The translations under genes were made by a program, and so were the position numbers. A DNA stretch of 63,528 nt, filler included. It is 16 parts of 16 records of this genome, joined end to end, with 100 filler letters (N's around TTAATTAATTAA, not from the genome) between each part and the next. Parts side by side here need not be neighbours in the genome. Positions count along the whole stretch, not along the records: positions 51,825 to 58,829 come from SRR9670534_675; positions 58,930 to 61,026 come from SRR9670534_680; positions 61,127 to 63,528 come from SRR9670534_690; 13 more parts are not named here. One strand, given 5' to 3'. The notes beneath the pieces were generated by a model. That model had not been told where the DNA came from and searched no databases. It was given only the letters and a program-made list of their open reading frames with translations. The number at the start of each line of letters is the position of its first letter. The stretch's first letter is position 1. Positions 53,005 through 63,528 of the stretch are shown here, one piece after another.

Positions 53005-56000
53005 ATGATGAGTGGTTAGATCCTTTGCTATTCACAGAAGACATTATTATAAAATTTAGTTGTATTTTGTTGGTTTAGATTACAGCATATATGGTGCCTT
53101 GGATGATTTTATGGATGACGATGAAGATAATGAATTTGGTGGATCTTCTGGAGTCGATGAAGATGATCCAAATGATGGGGAGATGGCTGTTGATGAACAC
53201 TTAGAAAAGCATGGGCTTTTATCATCGTTGGATAAGTTTGAAAAGTTATCCTTGAGTGACAATGTATTTAATCGGTAAGCACCTGTAACGTAAATGAGGA
53301 CTGTTAATTACAAATGTAGGTATGTAGTAAATGTAGTAGTACTACAGTAGTACAATGTATCGTTTTCGAGTTGTTTCTTCAAGATGGCGGGATTCATTTA
53401 CAATGATACAGACTCATTTCTGTTGCATTATATATATATGTAATATGTATGCCAAGATGGGGGCATTGAGCCACGACTTATTTTTTATTTTTTGTATTTA
53501 GCCAAATTGTTGCCAGAACATTAAGCGACACGATCAAAGTCCTCTTTGAAGAAGAAGGAAAAATTGAGAATAAACACAACGATTTCATTCGTCTTTTTAA
53601 TTCTGCAGTACATCTGTCAACTGATTCCGGTAGGTTTTCTTAATGAAGTACAGTATCAGTTGACGTATGCTTTATACATTATCATAAATTCATTATGATA
53701 GAACCCACTGTTCGCGGAGAATTAATGGAACAGATTCCGCAGTCAATTCTTATATGTGGACAACTGAAGAAGTATAGTCCCTTCAACACTGCTACAAAAA
53801 AGTATTTCCTACCAATTATTGTTCGGTATTTGACGGATACGAACAATCAAGTTCGGAAAACGAGCCAGTCAGGCTTGCTCCTTCTCATGGAACAATCATT
53901 GATTAATCTAGGTATGAATGAAATTTTAGTGCCGGGAGCGAAAAGGCAATTAACCTTCTTACATAGGGTGCTTGCGTCATACGCTCTTCATGTGACGTAC
54001 ACGTGATTTTATTAACTCGTTTTTACGAACGACTACTTGAAGGAAAGAGATGTCGCATACCATTTTAACCTGAAATTGAAACTTTAGATGATGTCGAAGA
54101 TCAAGTTGTTCCAGTCCTTCTAGATTTAACCAATTCGGATGCAATGGATGAATATCGTGTTGAATCGTTGCAATTATTATGTAAAATTGTGCCATATTTG
54201 TCTAGTAAAGCTGTGATAGATTCTTTTTTGGAAACTTTTCTCGAGGTTTGCGGTGATTCTGGCTTTCATATTCGAAAGGTTCGTTCTTTATTGAAAAATG
54301 TCTAAAACATTTAATTCAACAAATTTAAATATAGGTATGTGCAGCCAACATTGGAGAAGCAGCAGATTTAGTGGGTCCTGAAAATACCGACCTCAAATTA
54401 CTGGAAAAGTTCTTTTTGTTATGTCGGGACTCAGTTTGGGGTGTTCGAAAAGCCTGTGCTGAATCTTTTAATTCAATTGCGAAACACATTCACAATTTTC
54501 AGGCTAAAAGGGAACGAGTAACACCAACTTTTATTGGTTTATTATCCGATCAATCCAGATGGGTTCGAATGGCTGCTTATCAAACATTGGGACCTTTTAT
54601 AAGTACCTTTCATAACCCAGAATCCTTGCCCGTGTATGCCAACTCTAAGGATGGAAAACTTATATGCAAATATAAAAAGTAAGTCAAAAGAGATGTCGCC
54701 AATAAATGATGTTGTAAATTCTGTTCTTTTTTAGCAAAGAAAAAGCCATTAAAGCATTATTTAAATGCATCTATCAAAAAACGCTGGATTTCAATAGCAT
54801 CGTTGCCATGGAAACCGCTTCTCTTTTTGACGTAAACGCTGCCGGCAAGACAACTGCTCATATCATGGAATCTAATGATTTCCTGTCTTGGAAACCCCTA
54901 ATGCCAAAAGATGATGCTGTTCCAGCGGAGACATGCAGCGATACTTCTGCTGCTTTGTCAGAAAAACCCTCAGTTAGTCGTTCTATGGAGGAGGAAGAAG
55001 AAGAAGAAGAAGACAAGCAACCGCCAGACAACTTGACGACGGTTTCGGTGCTTATGGAGAACCATCAGGACGAACAACCTAATACATCCGGGGGAGCATC
55101 TAGGTAATTTTCACTTACTTGTTGTTCTAAGAACATTATTATGTATATTTAACTTATTTAGATCAATATCAGACATATGCCTAAACAGTGAATATGAAAG
55201 ATTATTAGGATATTATGAGGAATTAGAGGCTTGTGATGAATCATCCTTAATCCCCAATTTAAACTTAATTGATCAAGGGCATATGAAACGAAAAGGTGCT
55301 GAACGAGATGTTTCCTCAGGTGGATCACCTCTAAATATTCCTGATGAACTTCTGGACTACTACACAAGCATGACAACTCCAAAGGTGGCTCAAACCGTGG
55401 ACACTGAAGTTGCAAAACATTGTGCTTTTTCTTTTCCTGCAGTTGCTTTAACGTTGGGAAGAGATCATTGGGGAGAAATAAGAGAACTTTATTTGGCTCT
55501 TGTTGAAGATTTACAGGTATGACGTCACATTGCAAATTTTAACAAATTGATAAATTTTTAAAATTTAGTACAAAGTAAGAAGAACGCTGGCTTTTTCTTT
55601 GCATGAATTAGCAGTTATTCTTGGACCAAAAATAACTCATACAGACCTTGTGCCAGTTTTTAATATATTTTTGAAAGATTTAGATGAAGTGCGGATCGGT
55701 GTCTTGAAGCATCTTTACGATTTTTTGAGAGTAAGCCTTTAAAATTGAAATTTATTTTTGAATAGCTGTCAATTTTAGCTGCTGAAGCCAAAAATACGTT
55801 CTTGCTATTTATCCCAATTGAATCATTTTTTAAGCACTGAAAATGAAAGGTTTTGGAGATTCAGATTGGAACTTGCAAAGTAGGTTCTAATTAATATTTT
55901 ACAAAAATATAGAATATTTTAAATTTCTAATTGAAATTTTTGAAATTTTGAAAAATTTGAAGTAACTAAAATTTGAAATTGAAATTTGGAAATTTTAAAA

Positions 56001-56685
56001 TTAAGCAATGCATATACATGTTTATTTGAAATTTTTTAATTTAAAATTTTGAAAATGTGAAAATTTAAAGATTTTTAATTATTTAGACAAATGACGCAAC
56101 TAATTCCATTATTTTCTTGTGAAGAAATCAATGATTTTTTGGTAATCTTGGGGATGCAACTTGCTCAGGACAAAGTTGCCGTTATCAGACAAAAATCATT
56201 GACAATGCTTACTCTAGTGATCAAAAAATTTGCCAGCACCAAGAATTGTGAAGAAATCTTGCTCCAACTAATTACAGACCTTATCAATACCTTTGCAAAG
56301 AATTCTGTTTGGTTGCACAGACAAAGTTTTTGCACCCTTTGTTATAAGTTATTGGTCAAAAATGATGGTTTTCTTGGTAAATTGGGTGTTTTGGAACCCT
56401 TGTTAGCACTTGGAAAAGATCCTGTTCCAAATGTTAGAATTTTCCTTGCTAAGATGTTGGTGGAGAAGAAGGCCTGTTTTGATGGTAATGGTTTTTTTTA
56501 CATATTTAAAATTTATATTAAATTTTTGAATAATTTCAGAATCAAATATTGAAATGATCAATGAAACCCTAAAATCTTTACAAACTGATACAGATATGGA
56601 TGTGAAATATTTTGCTTTGCATGAGGTGAAGAAAGGTGATACCAAAGAAGTGATTGATGATGATGATGAAGAACTTAGTGATTAA
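53005..56685 (+). CDS. PPP4R1: Protein phosphatase 4 regulatory subunit 1 (HEAT repeats), apparently complete, about 12 exons
   Basis: SDNVFNRQIVAR, DSEPTVRGELMEQIP, LPIIVRYLTDTNNQVRKTSQ, FHIRKVCAAN, DSVWGVRKACAE, DQSRWVRMAAYQTLGPFISTF, VDTEVAKHCAFSFPAVALTLGR, DLDEVRIGVLKHLYDFL, DPVPNVR. Micro first exon ATGATGAGTG|gt. Confidence 0.96.
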
Positions 56686-57948
56686 TCTAATTAGCATGAC
56701 AGAATTATTTTCCATATTAATTTATGTATATATTTATTAATAAGCACATAGGATTGCATTTTATGAAGTTACAAGATATATTTAATGTTTTTATATTAAT
56801 TAGCAATTAAGATTCTGCTTAGAATAGATATGTATAACTGTTTGATGATATAATTATGGATATGAAAGTAATATTTTTATTATTTACACTATATAGTGTT
56901 ATAATGTTTAATAATCTTATGTTGTTCAGCACTTGTGTGCAAAGCCACAATTGTGCTGAGCATTATTAATAATATGAAATGTTAATATTCACATAGATAT
57001 GTATGAGATGCAGTTAACACCATGATAATATGATAATTTATGCATTTTAACTCATTATATATCTGCATTAACAAGTCATGGCCAAAATATTAATTAGGCT
57101 TTGATGTTAGCATGCATTCATTCCATAGAATTGCTTTATTGGCTATTTTGAATTAATGAATGATCATTAATTTGACCTGGCCACATTAATTTACCACCTT
57201 TGTTCTAGTAAAATTCATTTTACATTGAGATGTTAATTTGGCCAGAACTACCTACTTTAATATTAATATACTATAATAAACTATATTAAGTCTTTATATA
57301 TAGTATAATACTATTAATATACTATAAATACTATATATACTGTTAATATACTATATATAATAATTATAGTATTTATAATTGTATATCATAATATTAAATA
57401 TATATAATATTAATGTACTATATAAATAATTGTATATAATATACTATAAAAATAAGTATATATAATACTAATATACCATATATTGATTATATGCAGTTGT
57501 AATTGTGCATGTTATTAACAATGAAGTTGATATGGCCATGTCTTTTGTCATTGACATGAATATCTCTTTGCATGATCATTATTATTAATATAATATAGAA
57601 ATAACTATTGACTTTGTGATTAAGACTGCTTGCTAGTCTGGACATTATTATTATCATTTCATCATAACAAAATATTGTACCATAGTTTTTCTTTGCAATA
57701 TTTGTCAAATTAGATGAAATAATGTGATGATATATTATAATAATAACACCATGTACCATACCATATCATTAGTAATTGTTCCATTTTATCTTTCCATGTT
57801 TGGTACAATATATGCAACAATATTCAACTCCTTTTTTCTGAATAGTAAACTCATATTATAAACCTTAGATTTTATTAAGATTTGAATTGTGTTTCATTAT
57901 GTGATTTGTTATAAGTAGCAGTTTCTTTATTCCTATATTTTTTCAGAC

Positions 57949-58750
57949 ATGGGAAATCTTTGTGCAAAAGGTATTGAAAGAGAGGAAAATGCAAAAGAAG
58001 ATGGAGAAGATAATTCAAAAAGACCCAAAACAGAAGCTGGAGAAACACCAACAGCTGGTACCAAACATTTAAGACCAGAAGATGATAATTCAAAATTGTC
58101 TCCAGTTTCAAATGAACCATCAGTTTCAACTTCTCAAATAAAAGTTATTGAAGGTGATGGTGCTTCAATCACTAAACCAATCTTTCAGCTTTCAAAATTA
58201 CCCAAAAGTTTAGCAGATGTTGTTTTGGGGCATTTACCCTCTAATGCACCACCAAAACTATCAGATGGAATGTCAAATGTAATTAACATTTTACTAATTG
58301 GTAGTAATGCTAATGATCTCAATGTCTTCCATGTTGATGAAGCTACCCAAGAAATTTGTCATAATAAGGGTTTTATATTAAACACCATTAAAATACCCTT
58401 TGATAGACTTTTATCTGATACTGTTCAATTAGAAGTCTGGGTAAGGGATCATGTTGAATCTTCTGCTCACACTATTGGTATCATTTGCTTTTGTGCTAAT
58501 GCAGATGATTCCATTGGATCATTAATACCAAGGGGCATAATTAATAAAGAGATTTATGAAGCAGCTTGTCTGGGAGAAGATGAAGATCTGAAGAATCAAT
58601 GGGTAGAAAATGAGTCAGATGGAAAATTTATGTACCAACTTCATGGGGATGCCTTTGAGCAGTGTAAGGAGAATAAGGACAAATATGTTAAACATGTTTT
58701 GGAGAAGTTCCCTGAAGAAGCAGAATTGCTTGGAAAGCTTGTTGCTCCAG
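57949..58750 (+). CDS. First coding exon of a probably N-acylated protein with a divergent NWD1/NWD2-like N-terminal domain; 3'-partial
   Basis: Open frame of about 800 nt ending G|gttatt; starts MGNLCAK; VVLGHLP..VINILL..EICHNKG..LIPRGII..EIYE..LKNQW..YQL loosely follows the NWD N-terminal pattern. Coding status is solid, the family call is tentative. Confidence 0.5.
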
Positions 58751-59010
58751 GTTATTAATGACTTAAATTTAATTTTATTTTATTTTAAACTTGACTTATT
58801 TTATTTTAAACTTAAATTAATTTATTTTANNNNNNNNNNNNNNNNNNNNNNNNNNNNNNNNNNNNNNNNNNNNTTAATTAATTAANNNNNNNNNNNNNNN
58901 NNNNNNNNNNNNNNNNNNNNNNNNNNNNNCATACCTGTTTTTGGCGTGCATGTATATAATAATATTACTCTATATACATAATATAATATTTAATGATGAA
59001 AAATGCTTAC

Positions 59011-59336
59011 GATGTTATCGTTTTGGAAGAACTATCAAAACTAACTCGTTTATCTCCTCTCTTGCTGAATCTGTTCCTTTCTGGAAAGTGTTCTACTTTT
59101 TCATCATCATCTTCATCCTCATCCTCTCGAATAGGATCTATTCTTCTTGGATATTCTCTATTTCTGGGGCTGACTGGTGGTAATTCCTTAGGTTTCGGTT
59201 TCTCTTCCTCATCTTCCTCTTGTGGAGTAGTTTCAAATCTATGTCTTCTATTTTTACCCCGTTGTCGTCTTCGTCTCTGCTGTTGTTCTTCTTCTTCATC
59301 GTCACTGTAATCTGGCGCATCAACTTCCATTTGCAT
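59011..59336 (-). CDS. First exon of a highly charged, disordered protein with KRVSF (PP1-docking RVxF-like)
   Basis: ORF ends at donor TC|gtaagc; acceptor-like aaacag near 58935; family not recognised. Confidence 0.7.
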
Positions 59337-59381
59337 TGTAGTGTGTGTAGAATAAGGTAGTCGCCATGATAGTTTATTATG

Positions 59382-59395
59382 ATCTCCATGGCGAC
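59382..59395. promoter_or_regulatory. RFX X-box ATCTCCATGGCGAC about 46 bp upstream of the ATG at 59336
   Basis: Full match to consensus RTHNYYWTRRNRAC; extra GTCGCCAT half-sites at 59360 and 59453. Confidence 0.6.
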
Positions 59396-59917
59396 AGCAG
59401 ATATATCGTCGCTATTATGTGCAACATAACAAAATTAAAAGACCACAGTTATGTCGCCATTTTATTAACTTTTGCAAGGTACGTACAAAACCATAAAGCT
59501 ATAGCTATACTTAAAGCTATACTACTACACAGAACAAGATAGATAAGTATTTGGTTCACTATGTAGATTTACTTATATGATATAAGTTATATCATAGTAA
59601 GGTTATTTTTAGTCCAAACTGGTCATTTTAATACCTATGTAATCAAAGTTCCATACTTTAATGACTTGCTTACGGTAAACAGCTTACCTTACGCTTTATG
59701 TCATTCATTAATAATAATACATATTCTAATAAGAGTGAAAAATGGTATATAATACGCACTCTCTTTTTATTATAAAAATACAACAATATGCTGTTAGGTT
59801 CAACCTAAGTTAGCACTAAGTTAGCAGGCCTATTATTCAAAAAGTTTTATAGGAATATTAAACAAAAAGTTTTATAGTTGTGTTAATTAAACCATAACCT
59901 ATCGTTTTCATTACTCA

Positions 59918-60802
59918 CTAATCAGTTTTAATTTTAGTAATCTTAGTTAAAATCTTGTCCCTGTTATTGCGATTCTCTTCAAGACCATCAATACCACCGA
60001 GATCGTTGGCTATTTCTGATATAAAAGGTTCTTTATATTTCTCTGGGAGATCAAAATCCTTACTCACAGACAAAATAGCATCACTGTATCTTTGACAATA
60101 ATCCACAAATCCATTTGGTGCATTCAAACGAGCCGTCTCAAAGGGACCATAAATTGCCCAGCGCATTCCCAACCCCTCAGTGAAACATAAGTCTACTTCT
60201 TTTGCAGATAAAACACCATTCTATCAAAGTACCTTATATTGTATTATAGGTACAAAGTATTTAATCTGTACAGTTCGTCCATATGTATACTGTTTAATTA
60301 ATGAAAATATATTCACGTAATATTATGATATCTCTTACTTTAATTAAGTTGTACCCTTCATTTAAAACTGCGTATTGCAATCGATTTACAGCAAATCCAG
60401 GAACCTCTTTCCTTAGAAGGATTGGCTTTTGACCCACAAGTTCTTGTATGCGCTTTGTTTCATTTATCACCTTCTGAGATGTAAACTGAGATGGAACAAC
60501 TTCCACAACTCTGCACAGATATGGAGGGTTTACCTAATGCAGCAAAATGATACTTGACACAGAAGCCATGATAACAAGAATACGAATGTAATAGCAAGCA
60601 AATTAGGCCTATAACAACTGAATTTCAGAAATAATCTTACCGGATGTGCTATAATAATTTGATCTTTATGCTTCAAGCCATTCGAAAAGCTTGATGCTGT
60701 AATAGTACTCGCAGAACTGGCCAAGACAGCATCTTCTGCAGCGTATAAATCTAACGATTTAAATACTTCACGTTTTGCTTCAAGTGACTCAAATACACAC
60801 TC
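59918..60802 (-). CDS. CRYL1: Lambda-crystallin / L-gulonate 3-dehydrogenase, 5'-partial, last three exons
   Basis: ECVFESLEAKREVF, VLASSAST, IIAHP|VNPPY..VEVVP, KEVPGFAVNRLQYAVLNE, EGLGMRWAIYGPFETARLNA. Confidence 0.93.
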
Positions 60803-61224
60803 CTACAAATTGAATGCCAATACGTTATAACACAATTTGTGAGTATACACTGTATACTATACAGGCTGTGTAATAATATTACACTGTAATATAGCCTATA
60901 GTAAATAAAAATTATTGTTTAGAATAATATTACGTATTATTCATACAATTGTATTTATTAAATACTGCTACAACTTGTAACTTACATGTACAGTGCTAAA
61001 CTATTTGCTAAAATATCCTATTCTTCNNNNNNNNNNNNNNNNNNNNNNNNNNNNNNNNNNNNNNNNNNNNTTAATTAATTAANNNNNNNNNNNNNNNNNN
61101 NNNNNNNNNNNNNNNNNNNNNNNNNNAGTATGCATATATCAAGGTTCAACTGTAATCACCTGTACATGTTTTGTGTAATAAGTTTAATTACATAATATGT
61201 GGACAATCTTCATGTTATATCTAC

Positions 61225-61545
61225 GCGACACATGCGTATTACGCGCGATGTACGGTCGTTTTTGTTACTACAATTGCAATAATACGTAGTACATGAGTAA
61301 ATTACGTAATGCGTAACACCAGCAATATAGATATTGCGTAATAGCTACAGCTGCATATTACGTAATAGATGCTACGTCTTGTAATAAGTAGTACATGCGT
61401 AAAAAACTGCGTAATGCGTAATTCCTACCACGCCGTTTCTGCGTAATGCGTAATACCTTCGTACGAGTGTATTACATAATCCTCTTGCCGTACTTTCTGC
61501 GTAACACAGTTACATAATTAAACTTATTACGCAAAACGCATAACT
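61225..61545. repeat. CpG-rich degenerate repeat built from GCGTAAT/ATTACGC words in both orientations
   Basis: ctgcgtaatgcgtaat near 61407 and 61439, attacgtaat, ttattacgcaaaacgc. Confidence 0.7.
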
Positions 61546-61594
61546 ATAAACCTAGTATGCACGACAAATGTATGTATTTGTATGTATTTTTTAG

Positions 61595-62956
61595 ACAGGA
61601 TTGCTTTCACCAACTACGCCATCCTTGGCGGCACAAGCTGCACTGGTAAATAATCCTTACCATCCACATCTCGCTGCATCTGCTTCTAGCGGCCTTGTCG
61701 CTGCAGCTGCACCAAGTTCAACCAACACCAACACTACCGCTTCATCATCAAGTACACTTTGTGTTGCTCATTTGGGAAATTTTATTTCTGAGGATGAGCT
61801 TAAGGAACTGTTCCAAGCGTAATAAATCATATAAACATATCATATTAATATTTTCCTTTTCTTTGTTGATCACATATTATACTATTCTATTGTATTCGTT
61901 TGTGCGGCTTATTTTTGAAACACTTGTTATTGAAGCTTTTCACTTTTGTTAGAAATTTCGTAAAAACTTGTTAAGTGGCACAATGTTCTTCAACTAATCA
62001 TGTTTGCAATAGAAGAGTATAGTATGCATGAACGTTATTTTCTATAATATTATTATATGTCGATAGTATGTATATGTTTATAATAGAGACTGTATGAGGA
62101 TTATTTATAGATTTCCTGGCTTTAGCAAATTAAAGTTAACAAGACAACCAGGTTCCAATCCAGTGGCATTTGTAGAGTTTGAGGTATTTAAATAATTTAA
62201 AATTTTAAAATTTAAATTTTGAAAATTAAAAATTTAAATTTTGAAAATTAAAAATTTTTAACTTTAAAATTTTGAATTTAAATCTTAACAATTTTTTAAT
62301 CTTGAAATTATATTTATACTTTTAAAATTTCAAATTAATAAAATCAAATTCTAATTCTGATTATTAAAATTTGAATTTCAGAAAGTTTTTAAATTTGAAA
62401 AATTAAACTTTTAAATTTTGAATTCGTATCATAACAATTTTTTTTTAATTTTGAAGTTATATTTATACTTATAAAATTTCAACTTAATAAAATTAATTTG
62501 TATGTTAAAAGCTTTTTAAATTTTGAATTCTTATTAAAGTTTTATATTTTAACTTCATATGTTAAGAATTTGTTTAATTTTGAAGTTATTTTTATACCTT
62601 TAAAATTTCACCTCAATAAAATCAAATTCTAATTATTAAAATTTCAATTTCAAAAACTTTTTAAATTTTTAAAATTTGAATTTTGAAAAATTAAACTTTA
62701 TAAATTTTAATTTTGAATTTAAATTGTAACAATTTTTGTTAATTTTGAAGTTATATTTATACTTTTAAAATTTGAAGTTAATAAAATGAAATTCTAATTA
62801 TTAAAATTTGAATTTTGAAATTTTTTTAAAGTTTTTAAATTTTAGAATAGCCAATATGCTATTCAGGCGAAGAATGCCATGCAGCATTATGGTATGAGAA
62901 TTGAATTCGCTATCAATAATAAACCATCCAATTCCATAACTGGCAGCAGTCAATAG
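61595..62956 (+). CDS. cpo: couch potato/MEC-8/RBPMS-family RNA-binding protein, C-terminal RRM, 5'-partial. Exons 61595-61818, 62111-62183, 62846-62956
   Basis: STLCVAHLGNFISEDELKELFQAFPGFSKLKLTRQPGSNPVAFVEFENSQYAIQAKNAMQHYGMRIEFA matches the second RRM of MEC-8/Cpo; Ala/Pro-rich linker before it. Confidence 0.85.
62280..62830. repeat. Intronic A/T-tract minisatellite, 4 copies spaced about 130-165 bp
   Basis: Core taacaattttt..aattttgaagttatatttatacttttaaaatttca..taataaaatcaaattctaatt near 62286, 62432, 62563 and 62727. Confidence 0.85.
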
Positions 62957-63528
62957 AATCAAGTAGAATCTGACATACCTATTTAAAGATAAGCATTATT
63001 ATCAAACTTTATGGACTATATAATATTCCATCTCTACTAATAATCTCTTTCTTCTCTTTTTGGGCGCCTTTTATATTTTTTCTATATGTTTCTATATACA
63101 TTCAGAATTTCTGTGTGTCTTACACATTCAATATGATCTGACAAAAAGTTATATAATATTTCTATATTCAGAAGTTGCCAATGCAGCAGTATTATTAATA
63201 TATTATTAATATTCCTAAATATATGAAAATTATCAAAAAAATGTGACAATCACACATTTTTCAACAGCACTTTGCTGTTTATGATAAACTATTTATTAAT
63301 CAACCCAATTTTTGCCTTTTTTTGCTATTTTTTATAAGTGATATCATTTTTAATAATATAATATTCATAATTTCATATTATTATTAATTGTTATATTCAT
63401 ATTTTAGTAGCTATTATTGTTGCAAAATTTGCACAAAATTTTACCTTTTCAACTTTTGCACCTTGTTACATTTACCTGCACAAAAACCTAGGTGTAGCTT
63501 TTTTTTTCAAAAAGTGAGCACACAAACA

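Noticed and set aside
53020-53078. DPLLFTED micro-exon with a 20-nt or non-GT intron in PPP4R1
   Set aside because: A simpler model (ATG at 53005, 64-nt GT-AG intron) fits.
58941-59389. Overlapping ORFs on both strands
   Set aside because: Shadows of the charged minus-strand exon 59336-59011.
5489-61126. Regularly recurring TTAATTAATTAA as a CRISPR-like or biological repeat; ORFs ending in XXXLIN; gene clusters spanning the gaps
   Set aside because: It is an artificial concatenation linker; neighbours across it are unrelated contigs.
1-63528. tRNA, rRNA, snRNA genes and intact transposases
   Set aside because: None recognised by eye; tRNAscan-SE and Infernal would be needed to exclude them.

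Overview
This is AT-rich nuclear DNA of an invertebrate animal, not prokaryotic. It is not one locus: 16 short contigs are joined by 15 artificial 100-nt linkers (N44-TTAATTAATTAA-N44), so adjacency across linkers means nothing. Genes have mostly short GT-AG introns and I spliced them by hand. Recognisable genes are Kv4/Shal, an RCC1-repeat gene, a complete tetraspanin, a head-to-head troponin C-like/calmodulin-like pair, trehalose-6-phosphate synthase, an AGTRAP-like gene, a DAB2IP/SynGAP-type RasGAP, DNA-PKcs, nuclear receptor NR2E6, an LDLa-mucin-SEA membrane protein, PPP4R1, an NWD-like gene, CRYL1 and cpo/mec-8, plus several orphans. Four observations stand out. (1) A 9-exon gene with all eight introns in phase 0 joins a tail rich in CDK sites to a DUF3987/YfjI-like P-loop ATPase. 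(2) Gypsy and LINE relics keep their motif spacing but look saturated with C:G>T:A changes outside CpG (RIP-like). (3) The TPS has non-metazoan motifs and may be an intronised horizontal transfer. (4) There are sharply bounded CpG-free domains. All family calls come from recognising motifs by eye; no searches were run.
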